The translations under genes were made by a program, and so were the position numbers. Below, piece by piece: positions 28,927-38,477 of a DNA stretch of 64,000 nucleotides; position 1 is the first letter of the stretch; the number at the start of each line of letters is the position of its first letter. The stretch lies in NCBI GenBank assembly GCA_038230575.1, contig JBBRNA010000022.1:563-64562 (forward strand), read 5' to 3'. This stretch comes from Terriglobales bacterium (GTDB lineage Bacteria; Acidobacteriota; Terriglobia; Terriglobales; Acidobacteriaceae). Below the pieces are notes generated by a model that saw only the letters and a program-made list of their open reading frames with translations, was not told where the DNA came from and made no database searches.

Positions 28927-28957
28927 AAAGGATCGGCACGATGCCGATCCTTTTTTT
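28927..28957 (+). terminator. rho-independent terminator
   Basis: aaaggatcggca-cga-tgccgatccttt followed by TTTT, 23 nt after the stop at 28904. Confidence 0.85.
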
Positions 28958-29039
28958 GTTTCTTAAAGGCTTTTCTTGTTTGAAGAAATATCAGACGGAG
29001 TGCAACTAGATTTTAGGTGCAGATGGCTTCACAGAATTG

Positions 29040-29702
29040 CTATCTGCGCTTTTGGCGATTTAGGGAATCAATCGAGACCGGACCCTTGGAAGCGTTCCCA
29101 TCCGACAAAGACTTTCTTAAGAAACCCAATGCCATCCGGATCCTTGATTTCACCGTGCCCAGCGGCTCACCGATTTTGAAACTGATTTCGGAGTGGCTCA
29201 TTCCCGAGAAATATGCCAGCGCCAGCGCAATTCTTTGCGGCTCAGGCATCGCGGGCAACGCCGCAGCCAGCTTCGAGACCGCTTCCGAGAGCTCTGCTTG
29301 ACGATGCGAGTTCTCTTCGCCGGCCATTTCATGTCCGAGCGCACACTCCCGGCTTCGGCTTCGACCTCTCAGTACGTCGATCGCTCTATGCCGAGTCATG
29401 ACTGCTAACCAACCGGCGAGTGACCCACGATCAGGATTAAATGTTCTGGCGTTTCTCCAAATGTGCAAGAAAGTTTCCTGAGTGACATCTTCAGCGGCAT
29501 GATTGTCGTGGAGGACGTTGAGTGCCAGGCTGAAGACGAGGCCTGAATAGCGATCGTATAAGAGCAACATTGCGTCTTCATCGCCAGTCGAAATCCGTTG
29601 TATCGCCCGTTTGTCCCACGTCGAATCGGGTTGCAGGCGAGCCTGCACTGCAGAGGGAACTTCATTCTGCGTTTCATCTTGCCACTGGAAGTGAGTAGCC
29701 AC
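29040..29702 (-). CDS. ECF-type RNA polymerase sigma factor
   Basis: Region 2 (LLLYDRYSGLVFSLALNVLHDNHAAEDVTQETFLHIWRN...FNPDRGSLAGWLAVMTRHRAIDVLR) and region 4 (LAYFSGMSHSEISFKIGEPLGTVKSRIRMAL). Confidence 0.85.
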   Translation of the reverse strand: MATHFQWQDETQNEVPSAVQARLQPDSTWDKRAIQRISTGDEDAMLLLYDRYSGLVFSLALNVLHDNHAAEDVTQETFLHIWRNARTFNPDRGSLAGWLAVMTRHRAIDVLRGRSRSRECALGHEMAGEENSHRQAELSEAVSKLAAALPAMPEPQRIALALAYFSGMSHSEISFKIGEPLGTVKSRIRMALGFLRKSLSDGNASKGPVSIDSLNRQKRR

Positions 29703-29948
29703 TTGTCCTCAAAAAAAGGCGTGGCGGGGGGAATCGCCTTGTCGGATAAGCCTTCTGGTGGCCTTGAGATGTCCTGGGTAGTAGTTAAGTTGCAAGCCGC
29801 AATTAGATAGGCAAATAAAACGTGTCTGCCAAGAGAGTTGCGTAAGAAGCAATCCGAAGCTGCCTTGGAGATCGTAATAAGTCTGGATAGTGATTGCTGA
29901 ATGGTGCCGTGACCGGTGCTATGTCACCAGCCAATCTGGAGGAGCCAA

Positions 29949-30143
29949 ATGTTCGAAGGACTGTTTCAACCGATGCACCTTTTAATTATTGCCGGAATCG
30001 CTCTTTTAGTGTTCGGTCCAAAAAAGCTGCCTGAGTTGGGAAAAGGCCTGGGCGATGGAATCCGCGGCTTCAAAAGCGCGATGTCCGCAGACGACAAATC
30101 CGCAGTCGAGAAGAAGTCTGAAGAGGTCAGCAAGGTCGCATGA
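29949..30143 (+). CDS. tatA: twin-arginine translocase subunit TatA/E
   Basis: MFEGLFQPMHLLIIAGIALLVFGPKKLPELGKGLGDGIRGFK. GGAGG lies upstream of the ATG at 29949. The listed ORF starts at 29916. Confidence 0.9.
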   Translation: MFEGLFQPMHLLIIAGIALLVFGPKKLPELGKGLGDGIRGFKSAMSADDKSAVEKKSEEVSKVA

Positions 30144-30409
30144 TATCGATGATGGTTTTCCTTCTGAGCATGGGGCTGATTGTATTTGGACCAAAAAAGA
30201 CGATCGAAATGTCTCAGTCGGTAGGGCGCTCGGTGGCTCAGCTCAAAAAGAGTGTCGCGGATAGCGAACTGGGCTCGATCATGAAGCCTGACGATGAAGT
30301 GTCGCGGCGAATCGATGCCATCCTAGCCCAGCAATCAACTCCAGCCGCGACGTCCACTGCTGCGGATGCTTCTAGTCCAGATCGTTCGCACTCCAAAGGT
30401 TTGGCGTAA
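30140..30409 (+). CDS. second TatA/TatB-family protein (TatB-like)
   Basis: ATGA start/stop overlap with tatA. MVFLLSMGLIVFGPKKTIEMSQSVGRSVAQLKKSV has the TM helix, hinge Gly-Pro and amphipathic helix. Confidence 0.7.
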   Translation: MISMMVFLLSMGLIVFGPKKTIEMSQSVGRSVAQLKKSVADSELGSIMKPDDEVSRRIDAILAQQSTPAATSTAADASSPDRSHSKGLA

Positions 30410-30827
30410 TCTGTCGAAACTTTAGCTTCCACTGATTGTTTACCTTCGCCCACGTGTCGGCCATATGCCGGTAACGCGGGTGCTCTCCTGGAACGATGAG
30501 ATTGTAGGCGACGACTGCGCTTTCATCGTTAAGTTTGACAGCCTGAAAGTCATAGGCGTGCGGCGTACGTACTTCGGCGGAAGGCGATAACTCTACAAGC
30601 TCGCCGCGATAGTAGAAATCCCCGTTCGTGCCGATTCCCCTGAAATCATCTGCCACCGCGGCTTCTACAGCTGCCGAATCTTTTGTTGATTCCGCTTGTA
30701 GAAAATGTTTCTCCTGGTCGATTACTTCCTGCTCGAAGGCCGACACTTGCTTCGCCGAGGGAGATTGAGCAAACGACGAGCTCACACAAATTGTGGCGGC
30801 TACTAGAATTTGTAAGAAACGTGACAT
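30372..30827 (-). CDS. secreted DUF4440 / NTF2-like protein (paralog-like of 17159..17632)
   Basis: Signal peptide ILVAATICVSSSFAQ and C-terminal DTWAKVNNQWKLKFRQ. Its 3' end overlaps the convergent tatB-like gene by 38 nt. Confidence 0.6.
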   Translation of the reverse strand: MSRFLQILVAATICVSSSFAQSPSAKQVSAFEQEVIDQEKHFLQAESTKDSAAVEAAVADDFRGIGTNGDFYYRGELVELSPSAEVRTPHAYDFQAVKLNDESAVVAYNLIVPGEHPRYRHMADTWAKVNNQWKLKFRQITPNLWSANDLD

Positions 30828-30867
30828 GCAAGCCTCCTGAGTTCAAATTATGTGGTCGAACTGAACG

Positions 30868-32145
30868 TTACTTCCGCATGAGTCGTTCCGCAAGTTCCGC
30901 GCGCGGTACGGTCTCTTGCGCTCCCGACGCCAAATGCTTTACGGCGAAAGCTCCCGCTGCGACTTCATTCTCGCCAACGATAATCAGAAATTTCGCCCCG
31001 ATTTTGTCGGCGGCTTCAAATGACTTTTTCAAGCGGAAAGAATCATCCCCGAGATCGATGACAAGATCGTGCCGCCGCAGTTCGCGAGCGACGATCGCGG
31101 CTTCGCGGTTCATCCCGTTCCCGAGCGGAGCAATGTAAGCGTCCGGTTTCCGCGTTACCGATTCGGCGGAGGCGGTCAACGACAGCACGAGTCGATCCTC
31201 TCCAATGGCGAAGCCTATGCCCGGAGCAGCAGGTCCACCAAGCGCCTCCGACAGCCCGTCGTAGCGGCCACCGCCCAGAATCGCATTCTGCGCTCCGAGA
31301 GATCCGTGAGTAAATTCGAAAGCTGTGCGAGTGTAATAATCCAAACCCCGCACCAGGCGCAGGTTTTCGACAAAAGGAATCTGAACCGCGTTCAGGATGG
31401 CTTTCACAGCTTCGTAGTGGGCCCGACATTCGTCATCCAAAAATTGGTTGATGGTTGGCAGCGTCGCGATAATCGGCTGATCGGCCGGCACCTTGCAATC
31501 GAACACCCGCAACGGATTGGTCACCGCGCGACGCTTGCAGTCATCGCACATCGTATCGACCACCGGAGCAAGGGCCTGCTTCAGCGCTTCGTTGAAACGG
31601 GCGCGATCGGCCGGGCAGCCGACCGAGTTTAATTCGAGAGTCCAGTTCGTGATCCCCACGCGATCGAGCAAGGTTGCGAGAATTTCTAGAATCTCGGCAT
31701 CGCGCGCCGGCGATGTACTGCCCGACGCAGCGGGTCCAATGACCTCCGCTCCGATTTGGTAAAACTGGCGGTAGCGGCCCTTCTGCGGGCGCTCGCGGCG
31801 AAACTGCGGGCCGATGTAAAAGAGCTTGCTCAGTCCCCGGTCCCACATTTTGTGCTCGATGTAGGCGCGAACTACGCCGGCCGTATTTTCAGGACGCAAC
31901 GTTAAAGACTGGCCTTTGTCGCTTTCGGCACGGCCACGGTCCTCCCAGGTAAACATTTCCTTGACGACGATGTCGGTCTCTTCGCCTACTCCGCGAGCGA
32001 ACAATTCGGTCGACTCGAAAATCGGCGTGCGAATCTCATGGAAGTTGTAGGCTCGAAACACATCGCGTACAGTTGCTTCCACAAAATTCCAGAGCGCCGT
32101 CTCCGGAGGAAGAAGATCGCGCGTGCCTCGGGGGGATTTGATCAT
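30868..32145 (-). CDS. hisS: histidine--tRNA ligase
   Basis: Class II motifs YIGPQFRRERPQKGRYRQFYQIG, GGGRYDGL and GIGFAIGEDRL. 425 aa. Confidence 0.95.
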   Translation of the reverse strand: MIKSPRGTRDLLPPETALWNFVEATVRDVFRAYNFHEIRTPIFESTELFARGVGEETDIVVKEMFTWEDRGRAESDKGQSLTLRPENTAGVVRAYIEHKMWDRGLSKLFYIGPQFRRERPQKGRYRQFYQIGAEVIGPAASGSTSPARDAEILEILATLLDRVGITNWTLELNSVGCPADRARFNEALKQALAPVVDTMCDDCKRRAVTNPLRVFDCKVPADQPIIATLPTINQFLDDECRAHYEAVKAILNAVQIPFVENLRLVRGLDYYTRTAFEFTHGSLGAQNAILGGGRYDGLSEALGGPAAPGIGFAIGEDRLVLSLTASAESVTRKPDAYIAPLGNGMNREAAIVARELRRHDLVIDLGDDSFRLKKSFEAADKIGAKFLIIVGENEVAAGAFAVKHLASGAQETVPRAELAERLMRK

Positions 32146-32269
32146 GTTGGTTAAGTTGGCTTGTTAAGTTTATTAGTTTAACGTTGAAACTGATTTTCCG
32201 GATATTTGCCGCGAGCTCGATGGGCATGAAGAACAAATTTAGCCAGACAATCCTGACGATCCCCATTTA

Positions 32270-33124
32270 ATGGCCCGCATTCAATTTATAGAGATACACG
32301 ATCAACCGTGGTTCCCCGGCTCGATACGAGACGAAATTACCGACGCGCTGCAATTTGGATTTAACGCCATCAACGCTTATGCGCCAATTGCACCACTCTT
32401 GCGCAGTGCGCTCGATTCCGCCTCCAGTTCAACCTGCCCAGCATCTCGAGATGTAACGTCAATCGAAGCAAGACAAATCGTGGACTTGTGCTCGGGCGGG
32501 GGCGGTCCCTGGTTCGGCTTGATTAAAAAACTCGACTCGGTCGACCCGTATAGCGCCAAGCAACCATTGCACATTTGGCTGACCGACAAATACCCGAATC
32601 TGACGGGCGCTGAAAATCTGCCTCCAGATGCCGGCCCAACTCTCGCAAATCGAATCAACTTCTACCCTCAGTCAGTGGACGCAACACACGTTCCCGCGGA
32701 ACTAAAAGGCTTTCGCACCATGTTCACTTCGTTCCATCACTTCCCGCCGAGCGACGCTTCCGCAATCCTGCAAAACGCGATCGATGCGGGCGAAGGAATT
32801 GCTATCTTTGAAGTCACCAATCGATCGCTCGCAGCAATCGCACGAGTGTTTGCGTGGACAGCGTTCTTGTTCTTCGGCACGCCTTGGGTTCGGCCATTTC
32901 GCTGGACGCGTCTGCTCTGGACCTACCTCATTCCCCTTATTCCACTGGTTTTGATTCACGACGGGGTAGTCTCGTGCTTGCGCACCTATCGCCCTCAGGA
33001 ACTGCGCGCCATTGTTACAACGTTGAATGCGAAAGGCTATGAGTGGAAGTCCGGGGAGCATCTTGGCGGACGCAGGCAGCCGAGAATCACCTACCTGATT
33101 GGCTATCCAATGAAAGACGCTTAA
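32270..33124 (+). CDS. putative class I SAM-dependent methyltransferase-like protein with hydrophobic C-terminal segments
   Basis: IVDLCSGGGGPW resembles SAM motif I. The C-terminal part carries two hydrophobic helices (FAWTAFLFFG..., LLWTYLIPLIPLVLI). The function call is weak. Confidence 0.45.
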   Translation: MARIQFIEIHDQPWFPGSIRDEITDALQFGFNAINAYAPIAPLLRSALDSASSSTCPASRDVTSIEARQIVDLCSGGGGPWFGLIKKLDSVDPYSAKQPLHIWLTDKYPNLTGAENLPPDAGPTLANRINFYPQSVDATHVPAELKGFRTMFTSFHHFPPSDASAILQNAIDAGEGIAIFEVTNRSLAAIARVFAWTAFLFFGTPWVRPFRWTRLLWTYLIPLIPLVLIHDGVVSCLRTYRPQELRAIVTTLNAKGYEWKSGEHLGGRRQPRITYLIGYPMKDA

Positions 33125-33152
33125 GAAATACTAACCATCCTGATCGACCCGG

Positions 33153-33674
33153 CTACAGGCCCTTCCTCTCGAGCAGGTACGACTTCTTGTACCCGACGTA
33201 ATTGTCGGCGTAGCGCAGAATTGTCTCTTCGTCGTCCTTGTCGAGCTTGCGCCGCAATTTTCCCGGGGAGCCCATCCACAGGGAATTAGGTTCAACAATC
33301 GTTTTCTCGGGAATCAAAGTGCCCGCGGCAATGATCGATCCCGACCCGATCACGGCTCCGTTCAAAATGATGCATCCCATCCCGATCAGGCAGCGCGCTT
33401 CGATGGTGCAGCCGTGCAAGATGGCGCTGTGCCCAACCGTGACGTAGTCGCCGAGGACAACCCCGTACTGGCCCTTCATGCCGTGCAGCACGCAATTGTC
33501 TTGCACGTTGGAATAGTGGCCAACACGAATCTGGTGCACGTCGCCGCGAAGTACCGCGTTCATCCAGATGCTGGAGTGCTCGCCGACAACGACATCGCCA
33601 ATCAACTGCGCGGAATCGTCGATGTAGCAGGTTTCCGGGAACTGAGGAGTGACACCTTTGTAAGAGCGAATCAT
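33153..33674 (-). CDS. gamma-class carbonic anhydrase family protein (left-handed beta-helix, YrdA/PaaY-like)
   Basis: Hexapeptide repeats plus the His triad context (SSIWMNAVLRGDVH...VLHGMKG...GHSAILHGCTI). An alternative upstream start exists at 33713. Confidence 0.85.
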   Translation of the reverse strand: MIRSYKGVTPQFPETCYIDDSAQLIGDVVVGEHSSIWMNAVLRGDVHQIRVGHYSNVQDNCVLHGMKGQYGVVLGDYVTVGHSAILHGCTIEARCLIGMGCIILNGAVIGSGSIIAAGTLIPEKTIVEPNSLWMGSPGKLRRKLDKDDEETILRYADNYVGYKKSYLLERKGL

Positions 33675-33813
33675 GGGTTTTAGATGCGGCTGGTGCCGCA
33701 GAGTAGTCAACATATCACGGAGCGATTCTCCAAGTCAGCGAACGCCCGATCGCAATGTACCTGCCTGATTCCGTTGTAAAATTTGCGCTGGGTAAGAGCT
33801 GGAGATAAAAACT

Positions 33814-35577
33814 ATGGTGGGAACTATGAACATTCGTTTCGTTCTTGTCGCGCTGCTTGTCATCGGATCGTTGCCGAACGTCCTTGCTCAGTCGCCGGCT
33901 TCAAACTCTGACCCAAGCTTAGCCAAATTCTTCACCGCCTACTTTGAAGAGCGGTTGCGTGACGAGCCCGAGTTTGCCACCACCGTGGGCCGTCACGAAT
34001 ACGACGACCGCTGGGCGGACGTTTCCCGGCACGGTTTAGACTCGCGCCGCGCCCACCTCGCGGCGCGGCTCGACGAAGTGCAGAAATTTCCCGCCGACCA
34101 TCTCTCCCCGCAAGATCAGCTCAGCGTGAAATTGTTGAACTACGACCTCCGGACCCAGCTCGATGCATTCGATGTCGATACCTATCTCATCCGCGTCGGC
34201 CAGCTTTTCGGCTTTCACAATCGGATCTATCTGACGATCGACCGCATGCCCAACTTCACTGTGCACGATTGCGAAAATATCGTTGCGCGAATTCGCGCGG
34301 TTCCCGCGAATGTCGATCAGAACATCGCTATCCTCAACGATGCAATCGCTCGCGGCTGGACGCAGCCGAAGATCGTCGCCGATCTGGTCATCGAACAGTT
34401 GACGGCGCAGGTGGCGCAAGATGCGGATAAGACTCCTTTGCTGGAGTTCCTCCAGAAGATGCCGCCGAATATCCCCGAGGCGGACAAAGAGCGCCTCCGG
34501 AAAGAAGCGACCGATGCCTTCGAAAAAGATTTTCGCCCGTCGTGGCGCAAGCTGCTCGCGTACATGCAGACGACGTATCTGCACAAAGTGCGGCCGCAAA
34601 TCGGAGTCACCAGCCTCCCCGACGGCGCAAAAATTTACTCAATTTTGATTCGGAGGCTAACGACCACGCAGGCCACGCCGGAAGAAATTCATCGCATTGG
34701 TCTGGCAGAGGTCGACCGCATCGAAAAAGACATGCTCGCTATCGCCCGTGAAACGGGCTTTAGCGGCTCGGTCAGCGAACTCGAGTTAAAACTCGCCGAC
34801 ATGCCGGAGCAGCGCTTCCATTCCAAAGAAGAGATGCTGATCTACTGCCGCAACGCCGCAAAGCTCATCGAGCCCGAGCTGCCGAAGCAGTTCAAACACA
34901 TTCCGCTGATGCTTTACGGAGTTCGCGCCATCCCAGAAGATCGGGAACAGGCGACCGCTTCTAATGCGCAAGCCCCTATGCCCGATGGCAGCGCTCCCGG
35001 CTGGTTCAATCTGCGCGCCTATCAGCCCGAAAAGCAGGTGAAGTATGACAAGGAATCTCTGGTGCTGCACGAGGCTGTTCCGGGCCACATCTTCCAGGGG
35101 TCGCTCGCGCGCTCGCTGAGAGATTTGCCTGAGTTCCGCAAGTTCTACGGCAACAGCGCCTATTCTGAAGGCTGGGCGCTCTACGTTGAGTCGCTCGGTA
35201 CGCAGCTTGGAGTTTACAAAGATCCGTACAGCCGCTTCGGACAACTCGCCAGCGAGCGCTTTCGAGCGGCCAGGCTTGTGATCGACACAGGCATGCACTC
35301 TATGGGATGGACGCGCGAGCAGGCGCAAGAATACTTAAAGTCGCACGCTCCGACGCAAGCGCAGTCCGAAGTCGATCGCTACATCAGTTGGCCGGGGCAG
35401 GCCCTCTCTTACAAGATGGGGCAGCTCAAGATCGTCGAGCTACGTAGAAAAGCCGAGCAAAAGTTAGGGCCGAAGTTTGACGTGCGCGACTTTCACGACG
35501 CGGTTCTGCGCAACGGTTCGTTGCCTCTCGAATTGCTTGATCAGGAAGTGCAAAAGTATATCGAGACTGGACATTGA
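33814..35577 (+). CDS. DUF885-family protein (secreted, putative metallopeptidase fold)
   Basis: Signal peptide, HEAVPGHIFQ and YSEGWALYVE, which are characteristic of DUF885. Confidence 0.8.
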   Translation: MVGTMNIRFVLVALLVIGSLPNVLAQSPASNSDPSLAKFFTAYFEERLRDEPEFATTVGRHEYDDRWADVSRHGLDSRRAHLAARLDEVQKFPADHLSPQDQLSVKLLNYDLRTQLDAFDVDTYLIRVGQLFGFHNRIYLTIDRMPNFTVHDCENIVARIRAVPANVDQNIAILNDAIARGWTQPKIVADLVIEQLTAQVAQDADKTPLLEFLQKMPPNIPEADKERLRKEATDAFEKDFRPSWRKLLAYMQTTYLHKVRPQIGVTSLPDGAKIYSILIRRLTTTQATPEEIHRIGLAEVDRIEKDMLAIARETGFSGSVSELELKLADMPEQRFHSKEEMLIYCRNAAKLIEPELPKQFKHIPLMLYGVRAIPEDREQATASNAQAPMPDGSAPGWFNLRAYQPEKQVKYDKESLVLHEAVPGHIFQGSLARSLRDLPEFRKFYGNSAYSEGWALYVESLGTQLGVYKDPYSRFGQLASERFRAARLVIDTGMHSMGWTREQAQEYLKSHAPTQAQSEVDRYISWPGQALSYKMGQLKIVELRRKAEQKLGPKFDVRDFHDAVLRNGSLPLELLDQEVQKYIETGH

Positions 35578-35687
35578 CGTTTCCGGTTGAGATTTTCGAT
35601 CGAGACGGAGAAGTCTCTCCAGTACGGCGTTCGATAGTTACTATCGCCTACTTACTAGCTCCCGTGGATTTGCAGTAAACTGCGCTC

Positions 35688-36611
35688 ATGGCAAGCGCCG
35701 CCCCGTCTAAAGCAATACGCCTGTTTCGCTTCTCTGGAATCGACGTCTTTCTGCATTGGTCGTGGTTCCTCATCGCGGCCATCGAAATTCAGAACCGTGC
35801 CGGCAGGTATTCTTCAATCGGCTGGAACATCGCGGAATATCTCGCCTTATTCCTCATCGTTACGCTGCATGAATTTGGCCACGCCCTCGCGTGTCGCCAG
35901 GTTGGCGGGCACGCCGATCGTATTGTGCTGTGGCCACTCGGAGGAGTGGCATACGTCGATCCTCCGCCGCGTCCCGGTGCCACTTTGTGGAGCATCGCCG
36001 CCGGGCCTCTGGTGAATGTTGCGTTGGCGCCCATTCTCTATGTCGCCTTCCGGTTCGGACAATCGCATGGTTGGGCAACCGATATGCCCGATGTCTACCA
36101 TCTCGTTCGGGCCGTATTGATGATCGATGTCGGCTTGCTGATCTTCAATATCCTACCCATCTATCCCTTGGACGGCGGCCAGATTCTTCGAGCGTTGCTG
36201 TGGTTCGTGATCGGCCGGGCGCGAAGCCTGATGGTGGCGACGATTCTTGGATTCGTCGGCGTTGCTGCGTTTATCGGTCTCGCCATCTGGATGCGATCGG
36301 TTTGGTATTTTGCGATCGCCGCTTTCATGCTGATGAACTGTTGGAGTGGCCTGAAGCACGCGCAGGCGCTTCTGAAAGTTGCGAAATTACCTCGCCGCGA
36401 AGGCTTCAACTGCCCCAGTTGCAAAGCTTCACCACCGATAGGCGATTACTGGAAATGCGCGAAGTGCCAGCAGCCTTTTGACACCTTCGCGACCCAGGGA
36501 GTCTGTCCGCATTGCGCGGCGCGTTATGAGACCACGAGGTGTATTGATTGCGGGGCGTCGAATCCCATTGCGCAGTGGGCTGCATACCATCTGACGCCAA
36601 CCGGAGTTTAA
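35688..36611 (+). CDS. M50 (site-2 protease family) membrane metalloprotease with C-terminal zinc-ribbon domain
   Basis: LHEFGHALACR (HExxH) in TM2, ILPIYPLDGGQIL (the LDG motif), then CPSCK...CAKCQ...CPHCA...CIDCG. Confidence 0.8.
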   Translation: MASAAPSKAIRLFRFSGIDVFLHWSWFLIAAIEIQNRAGRYSSIGWNIAEYLALFLIVTLHEFGHALACRQVGGHADRIVLWPLGGVAYVDPPPRPGATLWSIAAGPLVNVALAPILYVAFRFGQSHGWATDMPDVYHLVRAVLMIDVGLLIFNILPIYPLDGGQILRALLWFVIGRARSLMVATILGFVGVAAFIGLAIWMRSVWYFAIAAFMLMNCWSGLKHAQALLKVAKLPRREGFNCPSCKASPPIGDYWKCAKCQQPFDTFATQGVCPHCAARYETTRCIDCGASNPIAQWAAYHLTPTGV

Positions 36612-36628
36612 CTCCGCTGGCGACCACC

Positions 36629-38209
36629 TCACGATGCGGCTGTCGCTGTGGACCGTACGCTTTGCCTCAACCGAAACAGCACTGCTGCGAGCGTGCCCAC
36701 CGCAGAGAGCCAGAGAACAAGCGTGACATTCACGGCCCACGCCGGAGCCGTTCCCACGCGACGCAATAAGAATGGTAAAAAATTCCACGTTGTAATGTGA
36801 ACGTAATCCCACGCGTCTTCACGCATGGAGTCGGTGATCAGTCCCCAGGCATCCATCTTGCCCGACCCAAAAGCGAGAATGTTTTTAAAACGCAGTGCGA
36901 TCACGAACGTCGGATGCCCAAATGTTTCCATTTGATAAATTTCAAGCGGAAGCCAGAACGCCAGCGATGCCAACTGAATTGCCAGGCTGACACCAATCAA
37001 TGCGCAGCCTGAAATCCAAATCGTTTTCCCAACAAAATGCCGGTAGCGCAAAAGCATCGGAACTGCGAGCAATGCGACCATCTCAGCCGCGGTCGAAACA
37101 TAGCGGTCTCCCCACGCGAAATCGCCCGCCCAATAGGCGTATCGCGCGTAAAAGCAAATGTAGCCGAAGAGCAACAAGAGAGACGTCACACCGTAAGCGC
37201 GCATTGATGAGGAGAGGCGCTTCCACAAGAATGCAAGCAGAAAAATAGCCAGAATCAGAAGCGGATCAAAGAGAAAGATTGATTTTTCGGGCTGAAACAA
37301 TGGTCCCAAAAAACCTTCATGGAAAGAACCGTTCCACGGAAAATTCGCCGGAAGCGACGGGTCACGCTGCCGGTATTCGAGCGCGAAGTAATACACGTAG
37401 GTATTGGCAAGAGAGCCGAAGCGATAGAAGTGATAAGCACGATCAATCAGCACGAAAAATAAGTAGATCGGACAAGCGATCTTTGAGTATTCGACCATGC
37501 GCCGCAAAAGACCGCGACCACGAACGCCTTCAAACCACAGCAGCAGAAGAATAAAAAGGCCACTCGCGATCAGGTCCAAGACGGTCGTTAGCCTCGTCAA
37601 CAGATTCAGTCCTAACGCGCAGGAGCCAATAAAGAGTGCGCGCCGGCTGTTGTTGCGCAGCCACTCGAGCTGAGACGAAAAGCCGACGAGGGTCAGCAAC
37701 ATGATGTAGTTGTTCTCCATCATGTTCTGCGTATAGTGCAGATGCGTAGTACAGAACATCAGCGCCAGCACCCCAGGCACGGCCTCCCGAACGCTGAAGC
37801 CGAACTGCCCAAGCAAACGCAATGCAATGAACGCGGTTAGAACGTTTACCAGAATCCCGGTTATGTAACTGACGACGATGGCGCGGATTGCCGGATCGTC
37901 GGTGTATCCCGCGAATGCAGGTATGCGCGAAATCCACGTCCCTAATAGATCGCCGGGCAGCATGAGGAGCGACTGCCCGATGCCGTACCAGCTGTAGAGT
38001 CGCCCGCCGCGACCGTGCAGTCCAAACTCCGGATAATCTCCCGCAGGAACCTGCGGGTCCGATGTCCACATCCAGTGGGTGGTTTGCAGGCGGTGCATGG
38101 TGTCAGCAGTGCCCAATTCTCCGGACTGCACCACGATTGCTAGCAAACCGGCGGCAACGCATAAGAGCACAGTCGTGTCGCTCGCCCACCGTTGGAAACG
38201 CGAAGCCAT
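36629..38209 (-). CDS. polytopic membrane protein, possible GT-C-fold glycosyltransferase
   Basis: 526 aa with 12 or more TM helices and aromatic-rich loops. The overall layout resembles ArnT/PMT-like enzymes, but I cannot point to a diagnostic motif. Confidence 0.55.
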   Translation of the reverse strand: MASRFQRWASDTTVLLCVAAGLLAIVVQSGELGTADTMHRLQTTHWMWTSDPQVPAGDYPEFGLHGRGGRLYSWYGIGQSLLMLPGDLLGTWISRIPAFAGYTDDPAIRAIVVSYITGILVNVLTAFIALRLLGQFGFSVREAVPGVLALMFCTTHLHYTQNMMENNYIMLLTLVGFSSQLEWLRNNSRRALFIGSCALGLNLLTRLTTVLDLIASGLFILLLLWFEGVRGRGLLRRMVEYSKIACPIYLFFVLIDRAYHFYRFGSLANTYVYYFALEYRQRDPSLPANFPWNGSFHEGFLGPLFQPEKSIFLFDPLLILAIFLLAFLWKRLSSSMRAYGVTSLLLLFGYICFYARYAYWAGDFAWGDRYVSTAAEMVALLAVPMLLRYRHFVGKTIWISGCALIGVSLAIQLASLAFWLPLEIYQMETFGHPTFVIALRFKNILAFGSGKMDAWGLITDSMREDAWDYVHITTWNFLPFLLRRVGTAPAWAVNVTLVLWLSAVGTLAAVLFRLRQSVRSTATAAS

Positions 38210-38273
38210 CGCAAGGATGGTAATGCGACGATCGTAAATTACGAAATATGTCGGTCAGATTCTACCTCCACCC

Positions 38274-38374
38274 TGTCATCCTGAGCGAAGTCGATGCTTC
38301 GCGAACGCGAAGCATCTACTCAGTCGAAGAACCCGAGCAAGTCTTGTATCAAGGGAATGCACCAGGGAGTTTTC
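38274..38374 (+). repeat. REP-like intergenic element, long form (copy b)
   Basis: tgtcatcctgagcgaagtcgatgcttcgcgaacgcgaagcatctactcagtcgaaga...ttgtatcaag...cagggagttttc. Contains a perfect 11-bp hairpin at 38293-38316. Aligns with 40605-40705. Confidence 0.8.
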
Positions 38375-38477
38375 CCGTTGGGCAAGGCACTTTATCGAAT
38401 GCTTATTGTTGCGGCAAATCCCGTCGCTCCTCTTCTCCAGAGGATTGTGCACGCTGATCTCCTGTACAATTTTTGCA

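Noticed and set aside
38248-38457. Listed ORFs 38248..38457 and 40384..40770, and the N-terminal extension of 45849..46799, which encode VILSEVDASRT... and HPERSEES... peptides.
   Set aside because: These are read-throughs of the intergenic REP-like elements. The similarity between them is at the DNA level and includes non-coding hairpins.
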